In this document: positions 24,830-37,049 of the stretch, in pieces
How the letters are laid out: each line of letters opens with the position of its first letter
Position numbering within the stretch: the first letter of the stretch is position 1
NCBI GenBank assembly: GCA_051294905.1
Contig: CM119377.1
Location: 992,001 to 1,056,000 of the forward strand
Length of the DNA stretch: 64,000 bases
DNA from: Botryllus schlosseri
Taxonomy: Eukaryota
Direction of reading: 5' to 3'
Position numbers and translations under genes: made by a program
The notes under the pieces: model-generated
Databases searched by the model: none
Seen by the model: only the letters and a program-made list of their open reading frames with translations
Told to the model about the DNA's origin: nothing

Positions 24830-25400
24830 TGAGCAAATACAGTGCGAGTCGAGTCACTAATTCCTAATTCCAGTATCAGTTCTATCAAGAATTTCATCAT
24901 TTCAAAGCACCACAAGACTGCGATAAAATGAAAAGATAAGAAGGTGTAGAATCGAATTGGAGTAGTCTTTGAAATCAGACACCCACCTGGGCCTAGGCCA
25001 GGCAATGTAGGCTACCGTCTTTTTAGTAGTTTGCAATAATGAAAAGTAAAAGAAGATAATAGGCCTACATGAGGACAAGCGAGATCGTGGTCGGGTAAAC
25101 TTGAGGGCTGACTAATGACCATAGTATCTATCCAGTAGAAATTGCTTGTATTTCGACATGTCCACATGCTCGACGCCTGCCGGATAGCCGGTGAGATACT
25201 GTTCCACAATTCAGGTCCGGCATATTTGATAGAGCGATGATCTTTCCTCTCGACCATACGATGGTTGGACCACGAAGACGCGAATAGTTGTACTTGCGCT
25301 TTTGATTCCGATGTAAAGAAGTCATTGAAATTTTATGGGCAATGACCGCAACGGAACTTGGAAAGGTAGCGATTTCTAGTTTCCGCATATCTGTTATGTT
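24830..25400 (-). mobile_element. 5'-truncated LINE of the same family as 22540-23006
   Basis: Reverse strand gives KRKYNYSR..HRSIKYAGPELWNSISPAIRQASSM plus the family 3' UTR. Confidence 0.82.
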
Positions 25401-25461
25401 CCAATTCCGTCATAGCTCTCCAGAATAAAGTCTGTCGGACAACAAATCAATGACCGGGACT

Positions 25462-28400
25462 TCATTGTCGCTGAAAGATCAAGAGAATCCAATCAGATAA
25501 AAGGTTTCGGAAATCACGGAGATAACATTCAGCATAAGGTCTACGGGTATTAAAACTTACGTGGGCTATGGCTCGCCAGTCGAATGAGAACCCAGATGTC
25601 ACCACTGAAGCATCCGTTTTGAATATGACGAGTAGTACATTGGATTTCGTCGTAATTTCTTTAAATATTGTATTACAGAATGTCTGTAATAATCGCAAAT
25701 GGTCAGTGATTGTGGTATACGTGAGATAGAGTTGTGAGTTGCGCTTACTCCATATCCGACGAACGTCAGGTTATCGAAGACACAGTCTAGCCGCGTTTCC
25801 AGCACGAATTCGTTCGGCACGATTCTGATAATCTATAAATGTATAACAGTATGTTTTTTGGGGCAAAACACTATCCAGGTCAAAAGTTTGGTTCAACATG
25901 CATCGGTCGTAATATGGGTCAAAGGTCATTTAACAGCACTCGTCGCATATGTGCCTAAACTTGATGTGTAGGCCTAGAGGCGGTCAGTATATTTTCGAAG
26001 TACTCAAGTTGCCTAGTGGTTTATTCGACAACTTGACAATTCCATGGGGTAGACAGTAAAATTTGAAAATAAAAGTTATTTTGGACAACCATACACTTTC
26101 AGCGATAAGAGTGTATTCACACCTGAAGGATGGTACACGAAACAGAACTTTACTAAGAATTATATCGATGTTTCAAATCCTCCGTATCACCGTATGCCTA
26201 TACGCGCATACATTCCTTAGCACCTATTTAAGCATCATTGGGATTTTAAACGTCGTCCTTTAGGAGGATTTGTCCTCCTTTTTCAGACTTTGGAAAATGT
26301 CCTCCGAGGACGCCTAGATGTCCTCTTTTTTGTCAATTTGTCCCCCTTTACAGCTTTTATAGCTAAGATAACGTATATAGATTCGAGTGAAAATGGGCAT
26401 AAATGACGCTAAATAGGAAATTCGTGGTTCGATCGGAGGCGACGATTATTTTAGTCAACACCACAAATTATAGCTAAAACGTGTTATGTTCGCGCATTTT
26501 ACGTTGGTATCGTTTGTCTCTTATTTTAGGGTTACCATATTTTGGAAATGTGAAAAGAGGACACATTTTCAGAATATTCAGACTTGCAAAACCGCGGTGG
26601 AAAATCCTGAAAAATAGTCAATTTCTCTCACTTCGTGGTCGGTTGACTAAAAAAAAGGTCGTCTTTCTCGCTCGGCGCCCGAAATACAGTTTTTCCCTTC
26701 ACATTCTCAGGTGGTTGACTAAAAAAAGGTCATCTCCGGCTCAGCTTCCGAAATATATACCCACCTGAGCGTTACTTCGGTGCTGATTTACGGCATCTCA
26801 GTCGATTTTGGCCGTAAATTTGACCTAAATTCTCAAAAAAGAGGACAAAATCTCAAAAAAGAGGACAAAAGGGCGTCGTCCGAGGACGCTTTCAAAAAAG
26901 TCAAAAAAGAGGACAAATTCTCTTAAAAGAGGACGTATGGTAGCCCTATCTTGTTTGTCTATAGGATTAGAAATTACCGCCAATCATTATTTCCTCGCGT
27001 GTCGTGCTTCATATTTATACGCTGAGTTCTGTTGTCTACTGGTCTTTCGTTTAACTGCACTCTGGATCGTGTCGTCTGTCTTGAGTTGTTCTACTGATAA
27101 TATATACTGATTTCATATTGCAACCTCTTCGTATGAGTTATTGTTCAAGCAAGATCAAGAACACAACAAAAAGTGTGTAAGTGTGTAAATCGGGAGTCGA
27201 ACGAGAGTAATGACCTTTTTTAGTCAACCCACCACATTTTTCAGCAAAAATAGCGAAAGTGTCCTCCTTTCCCGATTCAAAAATATGTTTTTATGTTTTG
27301 TGTGCTATTGTGTTCTATTGCCAACATTTGTCTGTGACATACCATTCCTTTTGAGACGGTGATTTCCCACGAATAACACGCGTTATCATGATAATTGCTT
27401 GGGTAGTTCGGTGAAGTAATGACGCCGGATGAAGCGGTCGCGAGTGCGGAGTGGTTGCGACATGTCCCTGTAATGTTACTTTCCATCTCAAACAAAAGGT
27501 TTGCGTGCGAAGAAGAAAGGGGCTAACAGCCAGAGGTGGTCAGTAACGAGATATACCGCTACTTTTTCAGAGTACTCAAGTAGGTTTTGACCACTCGCAC
27601 TATACCAAAGGCGGCCAACCCGTGGCCCACGAGACGGTTTTGATAGGCCTGCGAGGGAATTCTCTAAATTAGTTATAATATCAAAAAAATAAATTACCCA
27701 GGAAAGTTATTGTGAACTTGCAAGGTTAACCAAAATTTGAATACCCCGACCGCGACATCTTGGGGTAGCCAGGGGCCAACCACATTTTCGTAAATCATCC
27801 TTCGTATATGATCATAAAGTAGAATATTTCGTGGCAGATTTATTTGACTTGACATTATTTTTACACTTCGCGCGACTTATTGTCACTCGATTTCTTGCTT
27901 TTAGTATTGGTGTCCCTTGAAAGTTAAAAATACGGTTAATTTACAGAATTGAGTCAAGCTATATTATCGCCCTTGTGACCTTTCGCCGAAAAGATTGGCC
28001 ACCCCTGGTACGTACTAGTGCTCAAGTTTTTCTTTTGAGTACTTCCACTATTTAACATTTTTTCGATACAAGTCACTCATCTCACTATGCATTTTGTGAA
28101 GTATAAGATACAGTATCACTCTTAGACGATCCTCGAGAATTAGAAATCCGCCACAACGATTTATTGAGCAATATTGATCACACACAGGTTTCAAGATCAG
28201 GGGCAGAATAATCCCCTAACCTGTTGTACACCTTGGGAGTAGTCTACCTCCCTGGTGACTCTGTCTGTTAAGTGCAAATGCCCTGCTCTTGCTAACCTCG
28301 CAGGGGTAGTGTCACCTTGTATATATTGTTATCGCTGCTGTATCGTGACTTGTATATAATGTAAGTAGTGTTGATGTCTCTTCCCCTAAAAAAGGGAGAT

Positions 28401-31400
28401 GTGGTGTTATGATATGCTTGATTGATCATGCGATGGGTTTCGGGATTGTTTTGATGACAGACAAGCATGTGGTCTGGGCGAATACACTTCGAATCCGACT
28501 TGTAAAAGTATCTGTCTAAGTAGACAGCTAGAAGCTTAGTGATAATACTACATGTACCACCCCTGATACACCGGTGTGAATAGTTATACATGCACCCATG
28601 GCACACGAAACCGGAGCCTCCCTCAGACCTATACCTCGGTATAAATCGAGTACAACATTTTAATCCAAATTATGCATGAACAGGAAGATGTAGCCTACAC
28701 GTAGGCACATGTCGGATTTACGACGGCGATATAATTCTAAGTTAGGTTCTTCTTCGTTTACCTCTCTTTTCGGCCTTTTGTGTGTGAATATACACTAATT
28801 TCGCTAAAAGTGTATGGGCAGTTTTATCGCTTTATCGTTGCTACAGAATTAGAGTATAGCTTATGTCCTTTTACACATTATAAGAATATTGACTTTATGT
28901 AAAGTTTTCTTTTTATTTCGGCCATATCTTAGCCATGAATAACTTTGAGGCAATGTGATAAATATAAAGATGGCCAAGTTACATATGGCTGAAAAAATGA
29001 AAAATTTTTAAAAACTTATTTTCTATAAGTTTGAAAAATGAATCTCAAAATTTGAAATAATGTACATAAGCTACTTTGATTCCACCGCTATATTCGCGAA
29101 GACGCATCTTATTACGATATGTAGACCTTCGGTCGACTATACTAAAAGTATGCAACTACGTCTCAATCAAATCTACTTACTTAGGGTTACCATATTTTTG
29201 AATCGGGAACGGAGGACACTCTTTCAAAATTTTCAGATTTTTAGTACTGGAGCAAAATCCGGAAAAAAATGGTAAATATACCACGACATTGTGGTTGGTT
29301 GACTAAAAAATGGTCGTCGCTCAAGTTCGAACCACGAATTTCCTAGCGTAATCCATGCCAATTTTTACACGAATCTTATTCGATCTAAAGACTGTAAAGG
29401 AGGACTAATAATTGCCAATAAGAAGGACATTTAGGCGTCCTCGGAGGACATTTTCAAAAACCTGAAAAAGGAAGACACATCCTCCTAAAGGAGGGCGTAT
29501 GGTAACCCTATACTCACTTGAGTGCGTTTTAAAACTTTATTTCCTATACCCATTCGAGGCAAATTTGACATGTCCTTGAAACCCCTGCTTCTACTTATAA
29601 TTAACTATAGATGTTTATGGCGTTTCTTCTACTTCTACTTGGGCTCCTCAGATGACTAGTTTGCCCACCCCAGCCAAAACAGCCTACGAGTGAAGTTACG
29701 ACTCGTGGCATGGCCGTCCAGACGGACAGAGAAAGTATTTCAATTAGTAGAAATAATTAATATCATATTAATAATATATTATATATAATAAAATATATGA
29801 TTAAAATTGGCAGGATGAACTCAAGGTTTTGCATTATCAGCAGTGTTTGGATTCCTATCAAATCACAGCGTTAATTTACTTAGCTTCGCTGTGGCAAGAT
29901 AGCATAGTGTTATGATCCACAGCTGCAACACCAATTTACGTAAGGTTTTCATCTTCTCTTAGCCATATATTGGCCCTGATTAACTTTGAATTAATGAAAC
30001 AGACATAACCATGGCCAAGATATGGCCGAAAAAGAATGAAAATTTTTCAAAAACTTGATTATTTTCAAGTTTTAATAATGGACCTTCCAAATTTGAAAAC
30101 TGGACATAAGTCACTTTGATTCCACTGCGACGTTAGATTGCGGGTTCGAGTCCGACCGAGGTTGACTCGAGAATTTCTTCCCAAGGGCGGGGATCACAAA
30201 GTTTGTTGATCCGAACATGTGATTAAAAACTGCTAATCGGGACGCATTTAAGGTGGAGATCATAAAGTTGGCTGATCCGGTAGAATGCTAATTGCGTCGC
30301 GTGAAGTTGGATTAGTTTATACGCGCGATGATTACTCCAGCTGTCCCGAGTTTTGATTGAACTGGTGTAATCTGTTGCATCATAGTGCGGAAACGCGTTA
30401 TTGGCTGTTGGACGGCAATTTGTTGAATGAAATGGCAGCCTGCTGATAAAGATACTGCGACTGTATAGAATTATCATCATCGCGAAATGAAAGTCGTGCG
30501 TTTTATGAGTACACGGTACAGCGAAGAAACGGAATATATAATATTGATATGTCTTGTATATCGCTCTGCAATGGTGCGTATATAATTCGTTGATTGTCTG
30601 ATTGTTTAGTAAAGCCATTACCTATAGTCACGGACACGGTCATTATTGGAAATACTTCCGTGTGGAAATGTTACGCAGTACGCAGTTCCGGTTTGTTAAA
30701 TCATGAAATTAAAACTAACTTTATGCGCTGCGATCAACCGGTTTTCTCTATCCTAGGCTGTTAAATCCTGATGAACGCGATAACCGACTTTATCAATAAT
30801 AATCCAACTTTATAATCTCCGCCCTAAGTGTTGGAGGTTTATCTAGGCTTCCCCTTGCCACGTGATCCGCATATAAGCGGTGTCTAAAGCCTAGAAGTGG
30901 GCCGTGATAAGTCATTAAATATGGAATAAAAAATAAAGAGTATCGTCCTGGTCTAAAATGACCAATGTAGTCGGAACACTGTGAATCTCAAACAAACCTA
31001 GCTTCGTTCTCCGATGGAGGTCTTCAATGACTAAGCTGTGACGGTCCGCCAGGCTCTGTTAACAATAACAGTCAGAAACGATAAAGCAAATTGCAGGCGA
31101 AGACAGGCAAATGCAGGGCTAACCTTAAAGTTTCCGTCTGGTGATTCCCAATTCCCGCTCGCGGCTACAAAACGCTTGATGCGCAACTGACCTATATGTG
31201 TATAGGCAAAATATCGACTGATAAAATTGTTCAATAATGATTACTAATAACTGATATAAAGATCAGAAAGTACATTAGATTACTTAAACGGTCTGATGTT
31301 GAATAAACACGAAACTATATTCACACCTGAAGCTTTAATCCAAGTCCCAGCGAGAAAAAATGCGATGAGCGTCTGCTGTTGGAATCGTTTCATTGCGGAT

Positions 31401-31420
31401 TTTGCCGAGTCGAGCTTCAT
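25462..31420 (-). CDS. Secreted protein: signal peptide, furin site, degenerate C-type-lectin-like domain, CUB domain (about 280 aa)
   Basis: Phase-compatible GT-AG exons on minus: 31327-31420 (MKLDSAKSAMKRFQQQTLIAFFLAGTWIKAS), 31124-31191 (GQLRIKRFVAASGNWESPDGNFK), 28316-28534 (LLAVYLDRYFYKSDSKCIRPDHMLVCHQ..), 28221-28260 (SHQGGRLLPRCTT), 27343-27467 (GTCRNHSALATASSGVITSPNYPSNYHDNACYSWEITV), 25749-25832 (IIRIVPNEFVLETRLDCVFDNL), 25561-25683 (TFCN..FKTDASVVTSGFSFDW), probable last 25462-25470 (RQ*). The CUB exons are strongly supported; the lectin-like and terminal exons less so. Confidence 0.72.
26527..26948. mobile_element. hAT MITE, TAGGGTTACCATA family
   Basis: TIR TAGGGTTACCATA / TATGGTAGCCCTA; TSD TCTTATTT/TCTTGTTT. 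Confidence 0.85.
27606..28007. mobile_element. hAT-like MITE (CAGGGGTGGCCAA-type ends)
   Basis: Imperfect inverted termini CAAAGGCGGCCAAC / ATTGGCCACCCCTG; no TSD recognisable. Confidence 0.55.
29182..29510. mobile_element. hAT MITE, TAGGGTTACCATA family
   Basis: Perfect TIR; TSD TACTTACT/TACTCACT. Confidence 0.87.
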
Positions 31421-31899
31421 GGGAAATTGGAATGAACTGCGAAGCGCTGATATAATTTATACATTTTGATGAAAAGGGAGAAGATCCCGGCAGGGAACCA
31501 TGGTTGAGTTATCATAAACTATTTTAGTATTCACTCAAAATTCATGCTATTGTGTTACCGAAACAATAGTATCGTCCGTCACCCTAATCACGAGCAAGAG
31601 CGATGCCCCGAGTGCAACAATGACGCGACTTCCGGAAAGCAAATTACGTTCGTATTTAAAACTTATTTGAAAACAATGAAATTATGAAATTTTATATGAC
31701 TCTCGAGTTAACGAGGGTTCGCGATAAACGGATGAGGAGAAAGCGTCAAAATAATGAAACAAATTAATGACGTCGATTCATATGGAGATGGATACTGATT
31801 TTTCTTGAGGTTCAATAGCATGGCCTATAGCGAGCCTTTTTAACCAGTGTTTTTTTAACCGAGAGATTTTTAATCGTGTGATTCGAATAGTTGGTGATG

Positions 31900-32790
31900 T
31901 ATCATCATCATCATCATTGGTTTATTAGCAATTTTATCAGTTCAATACACCACAAAAATGCGATACAATGAAAAGACAGGAAGATGTCGAAGCGACAAGG
32001 AGTAGTCTATGGAATCTGACACCCACCTTGGCCTAGGCGATGTAAAGAGGAGGCATGCACACTAGGGCTGTTCAAAAATAACTTTTTTTTCCCGATTCAA
32101 GCCGGTCACCTCTTAAATCGTCAGGTTGCAGTTTAAAACCTTGCTCACCAAATTTCACTCGATTCCAACCAGTAAAGGCCTCCGCAGATCCAATTAAAAT
32201 TTTTAATTTATTATGGAAAATTAAAAAAAAAAATTCCAAATTTTTCTGCCAACCCCATGAAATTGTTGAGTTGTCTTCAAAGACGTTGCAAAACAAATTT
32301 GAGTCAATTCCGTCCAGTAGAAGCGGAGTTATGTGAGTTTTTCGATGATATTTCTCGGATTATCCTTGATTGGTGGATAATCCGCGATTTATCAACGAAA
32401 AACTCACATAACTCCGCTTCTACTGGTCGGAATTGACTCAAATTTGTTTTGCAACGTCTTTGAAGACACCTCAACAATTTCATGGGGTTGGCAGAAAAAT
32501 TTGGAAAATTTTTTTTTTAATTTTCCATAATAAATTAAAAATTTTAATTGGATCTGCGGAGGCCTTTACTGGTTGGAATCGAGTGAAATTTGGTGAGCAA
32601 GGTTTTAAACTGCAACCTGACGATTTAAGAGGTGACCGGCTTGAATCGGGGAAAAAAAGGTATTTTTGAACAGCCCTAATGCACACTGAATGAAAGTAAA
32701 GAAGATAGTATAGAAAAAGAAAGCGACAAGAAATAGGGCGGCATGAGTTGGCAACTAATACAGAGATGTTAAACTTACTAATTTTCTCAA
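31900..32790 (-). mobile_element. LINE 3' UTR copy, split by the hairpin MITE 32063-32678
   Basis: 31900-32062 is the near-exact reverse complement of 22846-23006, including the (ATC)n tail. The LINE sequence resumes at 32687. Confidence 0.85.
32063..32678. mobile_element. 616-bp near-perfect hairpin MITE (hAT-type termini)
   Basis: TIR TAGGGCTGTTCAAAAATA, arms of about 300 bp inverted over the whole length, perfect TSD ATGCACAC. Half copies occur at 34480-34750, 51670-51975 and 60435-60840. Confidence 0.92.
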
Positions 32791-33163
32791 TAAACACACT
32801 ACTGATATTTGATTACAAGCTGGTATCACGTAACAATCTGAAATACAGAGAGTTTAAATGTAGCAACGACAAAGGCGACTTCTTGTGACTTTAATTGGCA
32901 CGGCACACTTTGCCACATTTACTTGATTAACCGGACGACGTACGTACAGGCTACGTAATCGCGGCACCTAAATCAGCAGTCTGCATAGTGATCGAATATC
33001 CGGTTCATTTTATACAGCCTATAATTTTAGTACACGGATTACATTGAAAAGTAGGTTCTCAATTCCAGGTAACTTTTCGAAGGCCGCGCATTGCCTAGGT
33101 CTGACCGAGCGAGAGGCGCAGACTATATGACCTCACGGCCGTATCGCAACTCAGTCGTCAAAG

Positions 33164-33203
33164 CATAGTAATTTACAGCGTAGCTACGCTGTAAATTGCT
33201 ATG
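33164..33203. mobile_element. 40-bp palindromic insertion with 7-bp target duplication inside a SINE
   Basis: CATAGTAATTTACAGCGTAG|CTACGCTGTAAATTGCTATG (one mismatch), flanked by GTCAAAG on both sides. Intact SINE copies carry GTCAAAG once. Confidence 0.8.
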
Positions 33204-33369
33204 GTCAAAGCAACTCGATGGTGCAGGCGAAAAAGAACATCATATCTCTATCTCTCTATAATCTGAAATGATTACCACGGCACGGATCGGTGCACACTGC
33301 ACACCCTGCACGGTTTCTACCCGGGGAATTACCTAGTGTCTACGAAATATACGAATCACTGTTCTTTCC

Positions 33370-36300
33370 GGCCCCGTGGATATACTCAGATATCGCAGGT
33401 ATCGCAGATATCGCAGATATCACTACTGTGGATATACTCAGATATCGCAGATATCATGGTGGATATACTCAGATATCGCAGATATCACCAAAAACCGCAG
33501 ACATCGAGGTCATATAAAGGTCACGCTTCGTTTAGAGCGCAGATATCACGTCTTAAGCATGTCTAGGTCGATTCAGTGCACAGATATCAGGTCCGGACCA
33601 TGCCTGGGGGAATTTTGTGCGCAGATATCAGCTCCGGAGCATGTCCGAATACAAATAGGGTGCAGATATCAGGTCTGGACCATACCTGGATTCTTTTGGT
33701 GCGCAGATATCAGCTCCGGAGCATGTCCGAATACAAATAGTGCGCAGATATCAGGTCTGGGCCATACCTGGGCTCTTTTCGTGCGCAGATATCAGCTCCG
33801 GAGCATGTCCGAATACAAATAGTGCGCAGATATCAGGTCTGGGCCATACCTGGATTCTTTTGGTGCGCAGATATCAGCTCCGGAGCATGTCCGAATACAA
33901 ATAGTGCGCAGATATCAGGTCTGGGCCATACCTGGGCTCTTTTCGTGCGCAGATATCAGCTCCGGAGCATGTCCGAATACAAATAGTGCGCAGATATCAG
34001 GTCTGGACCATACCTGGATTCTTTAGGTGCGCAGATATCAGCTCCGGAGCATGTCCGAATACAAATAGTGCGCAGATATCAGGTCTGGACCATACCTGGG
34101 CTCTTTTGGTGCGTAAATATCAGCTCCGGAGCATGTCCGGATACAAATGGTGAGCAGATATCAGCACCTATAATTATGAGCATTGAACATATAATGCCCT
34201 TACCAGTGCGCAGATATCAGGTTTGGCGTCTTTTTCATGCGCAAATGTTAGCTTCGGAGCATGTCCGGATACAAATAGAGCGTTGCGGCGGTCAACTTAA
34301 TCGAATAGGCAGGTATAGGGCTAGTCGACAAACATGGTAAATACTGTTTAAACAGCTAAATGAGAAACTCCGACCATCTGCGCTTTGTTCGGCTCACGCA
34401 TTAGCACGAAATCCGAGCCGTGTCGGATTCTTCGGGAATGGTGTATATTGGTAGTTAATCCAAGAATTATCAATGAAAAACTCAAATAACTCCGCTTCTA
34501 CTATTTGGAATTGATTCAAATTCGTTTTGCATCGTCTTTGAAGAAAATTCAACAATTTCGGGGGGTTGACAGGAAAATTTGAAATTTTTAAAACATTTTT
34601 TCTAATAAATTAAAAATTTAAATTGGCTCTGCGGGGGCTTATATTCTTGTTAGAATTGAACCAAATTTGGCGTGCAACGGTTTTTAGGGTAACCTGACAA
34701 TTTAATCAGTGAATGGCTGGAATCCGGAAAAAAGTTATTTTTGAACGACACTGTACTCATGACACACAAAACCTGAAAGTACCTCAGATTTAAACCGCGG
34801 TATAAATACAGTAGCCTAGCCTACAACATTTTAATCCAAATTCTGCATGCTCATAGTAACGTAGAATGGTATGCACGTATAGGCACGTAGGATTTATGAC
34901 CGCTATATAATTCTTAGTTAGGTTATGTTTTCTTGTACCACTCTTCTCCGCCCTTCGGGTGTGAACACACACTCTTTTCGCAAGGAGTGTGAGGTTATTT
35001 GAACATTTATCATGACAATTATTCTTATAAACGTGATAGAAACATGTGCCAATGCTATACTCTCTACTTTACAAAATACAAAGTGTAAAAAAGTATTATT
35101 ATTTCCTTAAATTTTTTTCAAGTAGAATTGGATGTAGTACAAAGATATATAACCACTAGAGCAGGGATGTGAAACATACGACCGGACGATTTTATCCGAC
35201 CCGCGAAAAAATTTCGATTTGATGGAAAAATGCTTGTATTATCCTGCATATTTCTAACAAATGTTGAGATTTTTAGTCCGTGAAACTTCTATTAAATAAT
35301 CCCTCAATGCAGCAAAGGTAAAATATGTGCATAGGCCACATTTTAACTATTATTTTGTGGTTTCACTCTAGCAGTATTAGCAAAAATTCGATGACATTGA
35401 CACGCAATTCCGGGAAGCCAAAATGGAGAACACTGAGTTCAGAGTTTCATGGAAAAATTGACCTAGAATTGACCTAGAAGAAGCGAAAACGCCAATGTGA
35501 AATCGTTGCATGCATGAATATATGGAGAATATAGTAGTTACAAAAATGTAATTCAAATATCTGCGTTCGCCCTACTGTATCACTTCTGACTGAAAAGGTT
35601 CCCGACCACCAGAGGAAAACGAATCGCGATTTAAATGAACCGAATTCCAACGGCCACGTCTACATTAAATCTCTTGTATTCCTCCCAACGCATACGCAGA
35701 GTTAACGCCAGATTACGACTGAAACAAGGGGATCATAGAAATATGCTGATATCGTCGTAAGAGCCCCTGTTTTAGCGGTTTGTAACTATATTCAACCAGT
35801 CAATATTTGTATTTTTGCAAATTCCATTGTTTGCGAATAAACGTGTCGCTTGAATAGAACCCCTAATCCCCTATATTCTGAAGGTTTGAATGCGGCCCGC
35901 GAAACAACTTGAGTTTGACACCCCTGCACTAGAGTAGTCTAAGTGATACAAGCAGGCAAAATCTGCCTGAGGACCCAAAAATAACTGTAAGTGGTTTGTT
36001 ACTGGTCAGCTCTGACCAGTGACCAGGCCTGACCATTTCCATCCAGACATGATGTGGAGTTGATATCGACCAAAGAAATACGCTCAGGCATGGTCCAAAC
36101 CTGACATCTGCGCAATATTTGTATCCAGACATACTCCGGGTCTGATATCTGCGTATCGCTTGGCGTCAGACATGCTGCGGACCTGATATCTATGCAGGAA
36201 ACAGCCCCAGGTATGGTCTAGACCTGATATCTGCGCACTATTTGTATTCGGACATGCTCCGGAGCTTATATCTGTGCACCAAAAGAATCCAGGTATGGTC

Positions 36301-36996
36301 CAGACCTGATATCTGCGCACTATTTGTATTCGGACATGCTCCGGAGCTGATATTTGCGCAGCAAAAGAGCCCAGGCATGGTCCAGACCTGATATCTGCGC
36401 ACTATTTGTATTCGGACATGCTCCGGAGCTGATATATCTGCGCACCAAAGAATCCATGTATGGTCCAGACCTGATATCTGCGCACTATTTGTATTCGGAC
36501 ATGCTCCGGAGCTGATATCTGCGCACCAAAAGAATCCAGGTATGGTCCAGACCTGATATCTGCGCACTATTTGTATTCGGACATGCTCCGGAGCTGATAT
36601 CTGCGCACCAAAAGAATCCAGGTATGGTCCAGACCTGATATCTGCGCACCAAAAGAATCCAGGTATGGTCCATACCTGATATCTGCGCACTATTTGTATT
36701 CGGACATGCTCCGGAGCTGATATCTGCGCACAAAATTCCCCCAGGCATGGTCCGGACCTGATATCTGCGCACTGAATCGACCTAGACATGCTTAAGACGT
36801 GATATCTGCGCTCTAAACGAAGCGTGACCTTTATATGACCTCGATGTCTGCGGATTTTGGTAATATCTGCGATATCTGAGTATATCCACAATGATATCTG
36901 CGATATCTGCGATATCTGAGTATATCCACAGTAGTGATATCTGCGATATCTGCGATACCTGCGATATCTGCGATATCTGAGTATATCCACGGGGCC
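33370..36996. mobile_element. Foldback DNA transposon with satellite-built inverted arms of about 900 bp
   Basis: Termini GGCCCCGTGGATATAC / GTATATCCACGGGGCC and perfect 8-bp TSD TTCTTTCC (33362-33369, 36997-37004). Arms 33370-34270 and 36065-36996 contain gatatcgca repeats and about 82-bp tandem units. Confidence 0.88.
35162..35926. mobile_element. hAT non-autonomous element nested in the foldback element
   Basis: TIR CAGGGATGTGAAAC / GTTTGACACCCCTG; perfect TSD CACTAGAG. Confidence 0.88.
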
Positions 36997-37049
36997 TTCT
37001 TTCCTAGAAGGCTGTGGCCGTTACTGATTAGTAGGGCAAGTTTTTATTC

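Noticed and set aside
33290-36990. ORFs up to 250 aa (33376-33822, 36238-36990, etc.) with repeated RRYQ/CADIS motifs
   Set aside because: Products of the tandem repeats in the foldback arms; they appear in several frames and have no transposase motifs.
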